From: a virus
Taxonomy: Duplodnaviria; Caudoviricetes
Length of the DNA stretch: 64,000 bases
Reading direction: 5' to 3' (one strand)
IMG/VR virus record: IMGVR_UViG_3300037424_000434
Location: 32,001 to 96,000 of that record
The first letter of the stretch is position 1; each line of letters opens with the position of its first letter. Both the position numbers and the translations under genes were made by a program. The notes below the pieces were generated by a model that worked only from the letters and a program-made list of their open reading frames with translations, ran no database searches and was not told where the DNA came from. This document shows positions 45,677 through 55,172 of this stretch, piece by piece.

Positions 45677-45949
45677 TCAATGTAAGGTTTTCAGGAAAAC
45701 CTCTCCTTTGCCTGAGAGGTAATAATAAGGGGTAAAAGATTTATGAGCATATGACCATCTCAGATCTTCTGCCAGATATCCTTCAGAAACGGCGACATGG
45801 ATGCTAGTTGATTTGAAACCATGATATTCAAGTGCTGGTCCGAAATTACATCCACCTTTACTGATGGTTTGAAGCAAGTCAACAAGATCCCTGTATGCCT
45901 TGATTTCGGTAATATTTTCTTTCCGTTTTTCTTGACTCAGTGTATTCAT
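45677..45949 (-). CDS. Hypothetical protein, possible winged helix
   Basis: AGGAG RBS; YYLSGKGEVFL ending. Confidence 0.55.
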   Translation of the reverse strand: MNTLSQEKRKENITEIKAYRDLVDLLQTISKGGCNFGPALEYHGFKSTSIHVAVSEGYLAEDLRWSYAHKSFTPYYYLSGKGEVFLKTLH

Positions 45950-45983
45950 ATGTAGTATCTCCTACCAAAGTTGGGGCCAAAAG

Positions 45984-46190
45984 TCAAACACAATCTAAAA
46001 TTTTTGCTTGCAGCACATCAACCCATTGTTCTGTATCCATATCGTTCAACCGATACACCATGACCATGCTGTCATCTAGCATGGGAACAGATTTGTGAAG
46101 TGGGTGAAAATAAAAGTATCCACATCCACGAACCAACTCATATCCTATGTCGGCTATTCGGTCGTTGATTTTTTTGAGTGTTAATTTCAT
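45984..46190 (-). CDS. Conserved phage hypothetical protein
   Basis: IN..I...GYELVRG.GYFYF...V.RLND. Confidence 0.65.
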   Translation of the reverse strand: MKLTLKKINDRIADIGYELVRGCGYFYFHPLHKSVPMLDDSMVMVYRLNDMDTEQWVDVLQAKILDCV

Positions 46191-46258
46191 GGATACTCCA
46201 TTGTTTCCTTTCAACAATATACCACCACGCCCTCTAAAAGTCAAGCCAAAAACGAATA

Positions 46259-46290
46259 ACCCTCTCACATAAGTGGTGAGAGGGTATTTT
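46259..46290. terminator. Hairpin terminator
   Basis: accctctcac/gtgagagggt plus T-run. Confidence 0.6.
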
Positions 46291-46589
46291 TCTATTAAGT
46301 TATATGTTTATTATGTTATATTAGGGGGTTATTTAACGGGCCATCTCTGATACTATTTGTTTTTGACCGGTGTTGATGCATTTGATGTTCCTTTGGCAAA
46401 GTAAAGTTTTATTAAGTAACGTTATTGACCGTCAATACTTCAAATCATCCGCAACAAAACCACAGCTATTTGCAGAATACCCAAAATCATTATCACAAAG
46501 TCTTGCTTGTATAAAGTTGATTTGTTCCATCATGGTCTCCTATCACACGCGGGATTATATGGACACTATATCATATGTATTTTTATCAG

Positions 46590-46787
46590 TCAAGCTTTTT
46601 TGTTTGAACAAGAACGTTTTGTATTTGATTTTAATGCAATCAGTCCACGCCAAATCCCATACCAGAAACCACCAAAGATGGCTGTATCTTCAACGACAAT
46701 CTTTGTCGTGTCTGTCCTGACTACACAAACAGCTTCTCTAGATTCTGTCTGTTCGTTTAACTTTTTTAGTGTTTCAAGACCGTGCAT
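46590..46787 (-). CDS. Hypothetical protein
   Basis: AAGGA RBS; MHGLETLKKLN. Confidence 0.5.
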   Translation of the reverse strand: MHGLETLKKLNEQTESREAVCVVRTDTTKIVVEDTAIFGGFWYGIWRGLIALKSNTKRSCSNKKA

Positions 46788-46997
46788 ACTTTTATCCTTT
46801 TTTTATAAAATAGAGGGTATAGTAAAAATAGGGAGGTACTGGCCGAGTCGGCACATATACTCCACAAAATAGATGAATCAAAATGTATGGCACACAATAT
46901 CCATATTATATTGACCAAAGATGCTTTCGCCAAAAGGTTCATTTGTCGTTAAATTCGTTGTCCAGTGAGAGTCTTGTTACGGGATATTTATATTTAT

Positions 46998-47026
46998 ATG
47001 CTACCAAGGTTACCTATGAATGTCAA
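46998..47026 (-). promoter_or_regulatory. sigma70 promoter with AGGTAACCT box, abutting a late promoter at 46991-98
   Basis: TTGACA-ttcataggtaaccttgg-TAGCAT. Confidence 0.72.
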
Positions 47027-47070
47027 GCAAGTTTTTGAACTGATATCGAAACAGTAAGTTTACGAAGTAA

Positions 47071-47268
47071 TCAGTCCTTCCATTTCTGTTTATAGGTGTC
47101 TTTTATTTCTTGGATATTAGCGGTTGTCGTGGGCATCATAACAACATTTAATATGTATATTATGTGATCAATTAGACACGGACCCATACCAACATCTGGA
47201 TTAGAATCATCATATAATTTCCGGTATCTTGTGGCAACAGCCAAAGCTCTCACCAACTCATCAGTCAT
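47071..47268 (-). CDS. Hypothetical protein
   Basis: ORF with AGGA RBS. Confidence 0.5.
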   Translation of the reverse strand: MTDELVRALAVATRYRKLYDDSNPDVGMGPCLIDHIIYILNVVMMPTTTANIQEIKDTYKQKWKD

Positions 47269-47495
47269 TGTATTTCCTGTTAACTCTCATTGCTTCATAC
47301 ATTTCTTCGAGAAGTTTACGGCGAGGGCATCTATAGCACTCAGCAAAAGTTTTGTCCACACATTTATCAAATGGTCTGTTTTCCGTTGGACAAAATACTC
47401 TTCTTCGCATCGACCCCCCCCTTTTTTATTTTTGAGTCATCTTCCCGTATAGATATCTGGTACAATTTACCGCAATGCCAGATTCCACGTTATCC

Positions 47496-47843
47496 TCATT
47501 TGTCCAAAAATCTCTCAAGCTCGTGTATATCCTCGATGGACCAGTCACGAAGATTAAGTTCTTTAAACATTTTTGTCACGTGATAAATAGCCAAGTTTTT
47601 TTCTTTTTCCTTGACCAGCAATGCAACCATTGACGGCGTAACATGTTCTATGGATTCTCTAAACCAGACAGAATCGCCGATCCGTATCCCTGATGTTTTG
47701 TTGTACCGTGACGCCCCGATGATCACTTGCGTCTTTGTGGTTCGATCCACAATTTTTAGTTGTTTAGAGTTTCCCGCATTGGTTGTGACAACAACATAAT
47801 CTCCGGCCACCAAATCCTTTGTCTCTTTTTGCCCATCTTTCAT
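47496..47843 (-). CDS. SH3-like phage hypothetical protein
   Basis: LVAGDYVVV...VDRTTKTQV......Y.K.SG..IG. Confidence 0.65.
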   Translation of the reverse strand: MKDGQKETKDLVAGDYVVVTTNAGNSKQLKIVDRTTKTQVIIGASRYNKTSGIRIGDSVWFRESIEHVTPSMVALLVKEKEKNLAIYHVTKMFKELNLRDWSIEDIHELERFLDK

Positions 47844-47859
47844 AACAACTCTCCTTTGG

Positions 47860-48075
47860 TTATATTCTCTTAGATCTACATAAAAATCCACACACAACAT
47901 TACACCCGATAGACACGGTTAAATATAAAACAACAATGAATGTGGAAAACAGCATAGGAGCTCCAAAACAAGCCAACGAGGCGTTTATTATCACACACGC
48001 TACCGACCATACCCATGAGACATATGAGCCCGCCAAAAAGCCTCTCAGGAGGCTTTGGCGTATATTTGGAATCAT
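47860..48075 (-). CDS. Membrane protein
   Basis: Hydrophobic. Confidence 0.5.
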   Translation of the reverse strand: MIPNIRQSLLRGFLAGSYVSWVWSVACVIINASLACFGAPMLFSTFIVVLYLTVSIGCNVVCGFLCRSKRI

Positions 48076-48287
48076 AGTGTAAATAGATCCTCGGTTAAAC
48101 TTATTTTTCTTTGTTCCCCTACCATAACTTTCCACTCAATCCTATATGCGGATTTGTTACAATGCAAGCAAGGCATTGGTAGAAAGTCACAAGAGCTTAT
48201 ATTACCATATCGACCCATGAAATGTTTATCAAGGTCCGTTTGGGACACCGGGCGTTTACAATGCGGGCATATCACGAATTTGATCAT
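48072..48287 (-). CDS. Zn-ribbon protein with acidic LF tail
   Basis: CPHC...CLHC; ends ISLTEDLFTL. Confidence 0.65.
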   Translation of the reverse strand: MIKFVICPHCKRPVSQTDLDKHFMGRYGNISSCDFLPMPCLHCNKSAYRIEWKVMVGEQRKISLTEDLFTL

Positions 48288-48633
48288 TTATGTATCCTAC
48301 ACCAAAAATGTTAGGCGTTACTTTATCCTGAACCACTTACAGGCCAGCATCACTATAATGCACAGCACCGGCCCTCCAATGAGTGTCATAAAAATAAACC
48401 ATATTTGAAATTCGCGGCTATATTCCATAGCGTTTGTAAAACTCCATAATCGAAATCTCAGCCCTACCACCACACTCGCTATCCCGGTATCTTGCATATT
48501 TAAAATACAGTGATTTCAATTCGTCCACGCTTAAGTGTTCCATTAGTAATTAGCCCCCACTGTAAACATTATTTCATCAAACCGTTTATGCGTTCTCAAA
48601 TAGATTTTTGTTGATCTGAAAATCCGTTTTCGA

Positions 48634-48945
48634 CTAAACCTCAAACAAGTCTTCTTGGTCAACAAAAGCATTGCTGGCAACAAGCTCGAACCAATCTTCG
48701 TGCCACTTTTGGTCACATGGATCAGTGTGTAAAGTTACAACGGGAATGTCTCCCAAATCATAGCTCAATGCAGTGACTCGCATTAAACCCAGTCCTACCA
48801 TATTACAGATCCATTCTCTAGGCCCACCCCATTGACTGTACAACCTGAAGATTTGTTTGTGGTTGATGATGCGTTCTTGGAGATTGCTTTTCAGTCTAAC
48901 CAAATCTCCCACAGCAAATTTATGTTTTTTGGGTTTAGTTGTCAT
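48634..48945 (-). CDS. SH3/KOW-like protein with acidic LF tail
   Basis: KFAVGDLVRL...WHEDWFELV; ends VDQEDLFEV. Confidence 0.7.
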   Translation of the reverse strand: MTTKPKKHKFAVGDLVRLKSNLQERIINHKQIFRLYSQWGGPREWICNMVGLGLMRVTALSYDLGDIPVVTLHTDPCDQKWHEDWFELVASNAFVDQEDLFEV

Positions 48946-49012
48946 GTCGAATCCTTTGGGTGCAAAACATATAACTTACCATACACCACCTCGGCTCGGT
49001 AGTCAACAAAAA

Positions 49013-49441
49013 TTATATTAACTGTTTTTGTGGTTCAGACCTTGTTGGCGGCGTACTTTCTTTTTCCTGTCTCAACCGTTCCATAGCGTATTCATTTCTG
49101 GCATTATCAAGAAGAATTTTTACATCATTATACACTTTTTTGAGAGTGTCGTTGACCTCATCTTTCGTTGCACCCAGTTCAACCAAATGATTTGCTAACA
49201 AAGTAACGGCAGGTTCACACGGCTTTAGCGAAGAATCCAAAGAGAACTCAGTGGTGAAGCCATATGGGATATATGCTGTGGCCCACTTGATCAAACATAG
49301 ACCAAGAATATTGACATCCAATTGCAGGGATTCCGATTGTTCGGGGGTCAGATCAGGTAGAATCTCTACTTTTGCCATAACAGACTGGACAAACATGAAC
49401 GACAACACCAACAGCACAACAAAAATCTTAATGCTTTTCAT
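49013..49441 (-). CDS. Secreted hypothetical protein
   Basis: Signal peptide ending VMA; AAGGAGG RBS. Confidence 0.7.
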   Translation of the reverse strand: MKSIKIFVVLLVLSFMFVQSVMAKVEILPDLTPEQSESLQLDVNILGLCLIKWATAYIPYGFTTEFSLDSSLKPCEPAVTLLANHLVELGATKDEVNDTLKKVYNDVKILLDNARNEYAMERLRQEKESTPPTRSEPQKQLI

Positions 49442-49628
49442 ATAAACCTCCTTTAATGTTTGGTTAATGATCAGAATCAGCGGAGATTTTAATGCACTTT
49501 TTTAAGATCTGCGCCTTTTCCTTATCTGAAAGCCTAGGGAAATTTTTATTGACTAGCTCAATTATTTCGCTGAATTGCTTAACTGCTCCAAACGTAGTTT
49601 TCATATAAAACTCCTTTAATGTTTGTGT

Positions 49629-49994
49629 TTAAAATGGTATATCATCATCTAATAAAAATCTTCGTGCTTGTATTGGGGTAGGAGAGATTCTGGGTCGAGA
49701 ATTTCGCCCAGACCTAGCTGGTGTGGGCTGTCGCGCTGGTTCAGCAGAAGAACCGACCGACATGTCTTTGATCTGATTTTTCGTGAATCCAAGACGCAAC
49801 AATGCCTCATCATCAAGACCCGTATCTTCTCCCTTCTCAATAAAATCAAGATAGTCATATATTTCTTGGATATGCATAACAAGTTTGTGTATAACAGCAC
49901 CCTCGGAAGGTCTTGTTATTTTAATCTTTTCAGAAAGTTCTAATATTTTGTTGTATTTTTCGTTAGATATTCTTGTCGGTTTATCCATCACCAA
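49629..49994 (-). CDS. Protein ending in an SSB-like DDDIPF tail
   Basis: Helical N-half, disordered basic linker, FLLDDDIPF-stop. Confidence 0.7.
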   Translation of the reverse strand: MVMDKPTRISNEKYNKILELSEKIKITRPSEGAVIHKLVMHIQEIYDYLDFIEKGEDTGLDDEALLRLGFTKNQIKDMSVGSSAEPARQPTPARSGRNSRPRISPTPIQARRFLLDDDIPF

Positions 49995-50292
49995 TATTCC
50001 TCTCGGTCATCTCCTTGACCAAATGTATCTTTCTTGTGACATGCGCCAAACAACCACTAGCTGGCTTTTTTGACCTTGAGCTTGAACCCGATAGTGAACC
50101 TACCACCCGAGTTCCATTTAACCAAAGCTTTGGCTTGGGCAATCTTTATAGGAGCATCTTTGGTAGTCGTAACGGTTCCCAGAAACTCGCCTCTTGATGT
50201 TTCGACATTCCAGACCTGTAATTCCAACATAGCGTTCTCCTTTGCTGTTTAGTTAACCCACTACCACATCTTATCCCAGACAACACACAAAG

Positions 50293-50848
50293 TCAAGCCA
50301 TAAATAATTGAGATATTCTTTTCCCACAAAGTCTACAAACATAACTTGATTTACCGTTTTTGATCTTGTTGTGTTTGGTGGATGATAACACATGAACACG
50401 ACATGCGCACCGGTATTCATGTTGTTTTTTGCTTCGTATTTTGACCGGGGGTGCCTGTAATTTTACCCAATTTCATGAGAGCATTGGAAAGATCCATCGA
50501 GTGACATCGATCTGGTTTGGCCCCAAAGGATTTCATTACATTTTTCCATTCACGTCCATGGGATCTTGTTTCTCCCCAAACAAGATCTTGCACCAGATGA
50601 GCGAATTCGTGAACCACAGTTTCTTCAATATAATTCTCACTATATTCCAAAAGAGCGGCTTCGTGTAGATGCATGATGAATTTCTGTTGTTCTACTATTG
50701 TAACCGCCATTCCCGCAACCCTCGTACCCGCGAGATCATATTTTACTTCTACATTCGGAATCACAACACCGTAAATAACTGTGGTTTTTTTATTCAGTTC
50801 ATGTATACGATCCCAAACCTTCATCTTCAGATCATCAAGTCGCTTCAT
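50293..50848 (-). pseudogene. SprT-like metalloprotease split by a +1 frameshift
   Basis: HEFAH and HGREWKNVM in frame 1; YRCAC..H.LS..KHN.I..G...YVCRLC in frame 2 after the A6 run at 50425-30. Confidence 0.75.
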
Positions 50849-51062
50849 TTTGGAATCCTTTCTGTTGACGTATATACTATATCAAAAGGATGAATGAATG
50901 TCAAACAAAAAGGGATGAGCAAAAACCTATCCCCCCCCTAGTTCACTATTTGTATATCTTGAATTTTTTGAAGAATTTCCTGTTATCACCATAAAATCGG
51001 TTCTATGGCTAGTGCGGGTCGTGCTGCCGGGGGACTTCCGGTCCCCTCTCTTTTTCCGGCTT

Positions 51063-51305
51063 TCATACGTCCAACCCTCTGTTTCTGAGCCAGAGCAGTT
51101 CGTTTTCCTTTTTCTTTTCTCGGTTAGTCGGGTGGGCCATTTCGGCGGATACCAACTCGCGGCGGGCAACGGTTAGGAAGGCGTCCGCCGCCTCCCATTC
51201 CTGCAAATTTTCGTTTTTTTCGGCGATGCGTACCGCTTTTAGGGCTTCTTCGTATCTCTTTTTAGCTTGGATTCTTTGTGCGATCATTGTCTTGTCTCCT
51301 TGCAT
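51063..51305 (-). CDS. Helical hypothetical protein
   Basis: AAGGAG RBS; TTGACA promoter. Confidence 0.6.
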   Translation of the reverse strand: MQGDKTMIAQRIQAKKRYEEALKAVRIAEKNENLQEWEAADAFLTVARRELVSAEMAHPTNREKKKENELLWLRNRGLDV

Positions 51306-51613
51306 TGATTTGCCCTCAATATAGGTATACTATAAACCCCCTTTGGTTTATTGTCAATAAAAAACACAAATAAGTGATTATCAATCTTTTACTTTTTAAA
51401 AAACTTTTCTTTTAAAAGATCCACAATTTTTGTTTGAATCTCTGTTAAATTTTTTCCAAAGTTCGGAAATATCGCATAAACAACAGCCGTTCCCACGAAA
51501 CCTAATACCAGAGTACCTAAATATGATAACATAAACTACCTCCTACAAAAAAATAAGTCCAAAATTATTTATGTTTTATTTAGGTTTTTGGCTACAACAT
51601 AATCGACTTCAAC

Positions 51614-51975
<362 letters not shown>

Positions 51976-51979
<4 letters not shown>

Positions 51980-52191
51980 GAAAACACCTTCCAGTTGATT
52001 ATAGTCACATCACACACCCGTTTTAATGTTTTTCTGTCTACTACAAGTTCATCTATTATTTGTTCTTGTAACGCCCGAATATCATCCATTCCCGAAATTT
52101 CTGGGTAATATATTTCTATGTTTCCTAAAAATCTATTGCCATTGGATTCTATTGCTTCATATGAAACGAAATATTTACAATATGGCAACAT
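51976..52191 (-). CDS. Hypothetical protein
   Basis: YFVSY...GN......I..M.DI...V.IINWK pattern. Confidence 0.6.
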
Positions 52192-52378
52192 AGACGCCCT
52201 CTTCGTTTGGAGTCAATACGATGATCCCAACAGGGGCATATTCATTTCCGATAAAAGACGAATAATCAAATCCATCATATTTCAGATACAATGCAAGCTC
52301 GGGGTCAACATATCCAATAAACTCTTCCATGATAATCTCCTTTGTTTTTCGTTACGGTATCATAAATGATTCTATACG

Positions 52379-52675
52379 TCAAGGTAGTTTTCTGTTTTGG
52401 GGTTTCATCGTTTCCATGGTATCATATTGTGTTGGCCCAGTTTTCCTCTTATTCCAAGGAATGACAGCACGGGCATACAACCTAGACCACAACCTATTAA
52501 AACCTTTGCTGTAATAGGTGGGTAGTTCAACCCGAGGGCCACATGAATGACATTCGTCACATTGCACGGCATAGACTCCCCCACTATATATACCGAAATA
52601 GGCTTGTCCTCCGCAATGAGGGCATGGTTTTACTCCCTTAGTGAATCGAAACACTTTAATTCCTATCCCAAACAT
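52379..52675 (-). CDS. Lar-family restriction-alleviation-like zinc ribbon
   Basis: KPCPHCGG...VQCDECHSCG...A..PWN.R. Confidence 0.65.
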   Translation of the reverse strand: MFGIGIKVFRFTKGVKPCPHCGGQAYFGIYSGGVYAVQCDECHSCGPRVELPTYYSKGFNRLWSRLYARAVIPWNKRKTGPTQYDTMETMKPQNRKLP

Positions 52676-52789
52676 AAAATCTCCTTAATAAGGCAAATCG
52701 TCACCAGAATCAATTTCCCCAACAAACCCTTTAGGTTTATATTCTAGCTCTTCCGATTCTTCCGCTGATAATTCCTAGCTTTTTCTGGA

Positions 52790-53098
52790 TCATTCACCTT
52801 TATTCCAGAAAAAACGATCCCGGTAATCGATTTTCAAATACTCTTCATACTCTTCTAGGGTCATTTCAGTAAAACCACACCTACCGACTCTATGATAACC
52901 ATTGAACAGGATCACATCACCAATGCTAACGGAGGGCATGTCTTGGGGTTGGAAGTCATTTTGGCCAAGCTCAAAAGTCTTGTTTAAAACGACATTTAAA
53001 TCAGGTTCCATTCCATAACTCCCTGTTCCCAAATCCACAAGGCGGGTCTTCTGTTCGTTGTCAAAATCAAAGGCCAACATCTTCACAGGTACAATCAT
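52790..53098 (-). CDS. YodL-like protein
   Basis: F..GQND...PSVSIGDVI...Y.V...GF. Confidence 0.6.
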   Translation of the reverse strand: MIVPVKMLAFDFDNEQKTRLVDLGTGSYGMEPDLNVVLNKTFELGQNDFQPQDMPSVSIGDVILFNGYHRVGRCGFTEMTLEEYEEYLKIDYRDRFFWNKGE

Positions 53099-53260
53099 TG
53101 TCGTTCTCCTCTAAGAGTGGGTTATTTTCGCTACACCCATACTTTATCAAATATCGTCTCACAGTGCAAGAGAAAAATAAAGGTAACGTGAATTACTTTT
53201 TATTGACACTATATCAGGTATATGCGATACTCATATTACACCCTATCAAAGGAGTTTGTT

Positions 53261-53377
53261 ATGTTTGAAATACTGTATGTAGCATGTTTGCTTCTCTTAC
53301 CCTTGTCCATGATGCTCCCCAAAGAGAGGGCTATGGTGCCGGTTCAGATTCGAGACAATCGAAAGTCAGATATGTAA
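53261..53377 (+). CDS. 38-aa single-TM peptide
   Basis: AAGGAG RBS, TTGACA promoter; MFEILYVACLLLLPLSMM. Confidence 0.45.
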   Translation: MFEILYVACLLLLPLSMMLPKERAMVPVQIRDNRKSDM

Positions 53378-53760
53378 TAAAGAAAGCGTTCGGCGTTCGG
53401 AATAAAGATTTATTTCGAACGGGAATTATTTCTCATTTGGAAAATTAAACAAAAATAATTTATATTAAGGTTGACATCTTTTATCAGATGTGTTAGACTA
53501 TCGTTTATAAACAGCAAAAGGTAGATTAATTAATAGAAGACATTCAGTTTTTCATATATATTCTATTTTTCGAAAAAATGATAAATAATTGCATCACAGA
53601 AGAAAGGAGAAAGATTATGGGGAGATAAAAGTTGATCGAAAAAGAGAAATGGAAGAAAAATTGAAAAAATTAAAAGAGCTTGTTGAACAGAAAAATAAAA
53701 AGAAAGAACAGGAGAAGAAATTTGAAAGAAAGTAGTATAAAATTTAGAGTAGACAAATGA

Positions 53761-53790
53761 AAGGGAGATTAATAATCTCCCTTTTTTTAT
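53761..53790. terminator. Bidirectional terminator
   Basis: aaagggagatt/aatctcccttt plus T-run. Confidence 0.7.
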
Positions 53791-54200
53791 ATTATATTTT
53801 TAAAATCTTCGATAGCAACCGCAATTCCCGGTAACCATTTCTTGGTCCATAACCAATCAGTTTTCGTCCAAACAGCCAATTCCCGATCATTCATGAAAAC
53901 AAGAGAATTCAAATCGATTTCCCCTAGAAACATTTCGCCCGGCATCAACGATCCACTATAAGGAGATACCCTGCTATCACCTGATTCTTTTCTAACCAAA
54001 TCCCATATAGCATTATGCAATGCATTGTGAGCATTTGCTATGTAAATCTTTTTGGTTTTCCCGTCAGCAATAAATCGAACATCCCGTCCTATCTTTTGGA
54101 GTTCCTGTCTGGATGGATTAACCCATAAATCAAACTCATTGCCATGATATCTGGAATACCCAAACCATTCCTCTTCTAAGTAACGTTTAAATTTACTCAT
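53787..54200 (-). CDS. Putative internal head protein, NP..E paralog family
   Basis: MSKFKRYLEEEW...LWVNPSRQEL...VRFIAD.K.KKIY. Confidence 0.72.
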   Translation of the reverse strand: MSKFKRYLEEEWFGYSRYHGNEFDLWVNPSRQELQKIGRDVRFIADGKTKKIYIANAHNALHNAIWDLVRKESGDSRVSPYSGSLMPGEMFLGEIDLNSLVFMNDRELAVWTKTDWLWTKKWLPGIAVAIEDFKNII

Positions 54201-55093
54201 ATATTTTTTCCCCACTTATCAGCCAAATATAACAAGAAATCTTTAGCAGAACTAACTTTTGCCAGTTTAAACATTTTCAATAACATTGCGGTAAATTTAA
54301 CATCCGATTTATCGTTGTGTATATCAGCTTCCAATGATGACAAATAATCCTTGAAATAGAAAGCAGTAGCACTCATTCCTGCGATCTTATATGCTATATC
54401 ACTTGCTCTTTTTGAAAGCTTCTCTTTGTCTGTGGTATAAAACAGTTCTTCCCATATCTTAAAATAATTGGTACGAGGAAATTCTTTGCGATACTCCACC
54501 TTCGCTAGTGGCTTTAAATCATCTATATTCACTTTAACTGAATTTTTTTTATTCTGAATCAAAAAATCTTTTTTGTCCTCATAAAAATATATTGGGATTT
54601 TTTTAATCAAAGCATTTTTATATATTGAACGAATGTTTCTGTTTCTAGGGTCGGTTTGGTCTATCCAGCTCCAATTAAACTTAATAGGAACTAACACATG
54701 AATTTCTTTTATGTATTTTGAGGCATTGTCTATCTGAGGCGTCTTGCTGTAGATCCTATCTTCTGCTTCGAATTTCTTTGGATCAATCTTCCTAAACTCT
54801 GGTCCCCAATAATCAACTGCTTCCCCTGAATATTTGTTCGCTAATTTAGATCCATCCAATACCAACATAGCGGTACCCTCTGCTGGATCTAAGCTGAACC
54901 CACCAAGTTTATGTCTAGTTGTGGAGAAATAAAAAAATTTGCCCTTTTTGCTTAGATCAGTTTCGGTGCTCGTTCCAATTGAGGTACTTAGATTGAATTT
55001 ATCTGTCCTCAATATAGCATCCAGTTTGTATATTCCTGTTGAGTGGTATAGGATAGAACTGATACCTTCTATTAAATATTTTTGTAATCTCAT
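54197..55093 (-). CDS. Probable ADP-ribosyltransferase with capsid-targeting-like leader
   Basis: MRLQKYLIE; LYHST (strand-1 His), FYFSTTR, LVLD, EAEDRI (ExE). Confidence 0.6.
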   Translation of the reverse strand: MRLQKYLIEGISSILYHSTGIYKLDAILRTDKFNLSTSIGTSTETDLSKKGKFFYFSTTRHKLGGFSLDPAEGTAMLVLDGSKLANKYSGEAVDYWGPEFRKIDPKKFEAEDRIYSKTPQIDNASKYIKEIHVLVPIKFNWSWIDQTDPRNRNIRSIYKNALIKKIPIYFYEDKKDFLIQNKKNSVKVNIDDLKPLAKVEYRKEFPRTNYFKIWEELFYTTDKEKLSKRASDIAYKIAGMSATAFYFKDYLSSLEADIHNDKSDVKFTAMLLKMFKLAKVSSAKDFLLYLADKWGKNI

Positions 55094-55110
55094 TAATATA
55101 TCCTTTTAAC

Positions 55111-55149
55111 AAAAAAATCCCGTTAACTATATTTATAAATTAACGGGAT
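55111..55149 (-). terminator. cca terminator with a late promoter in its loop
   Basis: atcccgttaa/ttaacgggat stem and T7 on the minus strand; TATAAATA at 55130-37. Confidence 0.75.
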
Positions 55150-55172
55150 AGGTGTATTTTTTAACAAATCAT

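Noticed and set aside
53380-53640. Possible sRNA in the intergenic region
   Set aside because: Only a weak AT-rich hairpin and a poor promoter; insufficient support.
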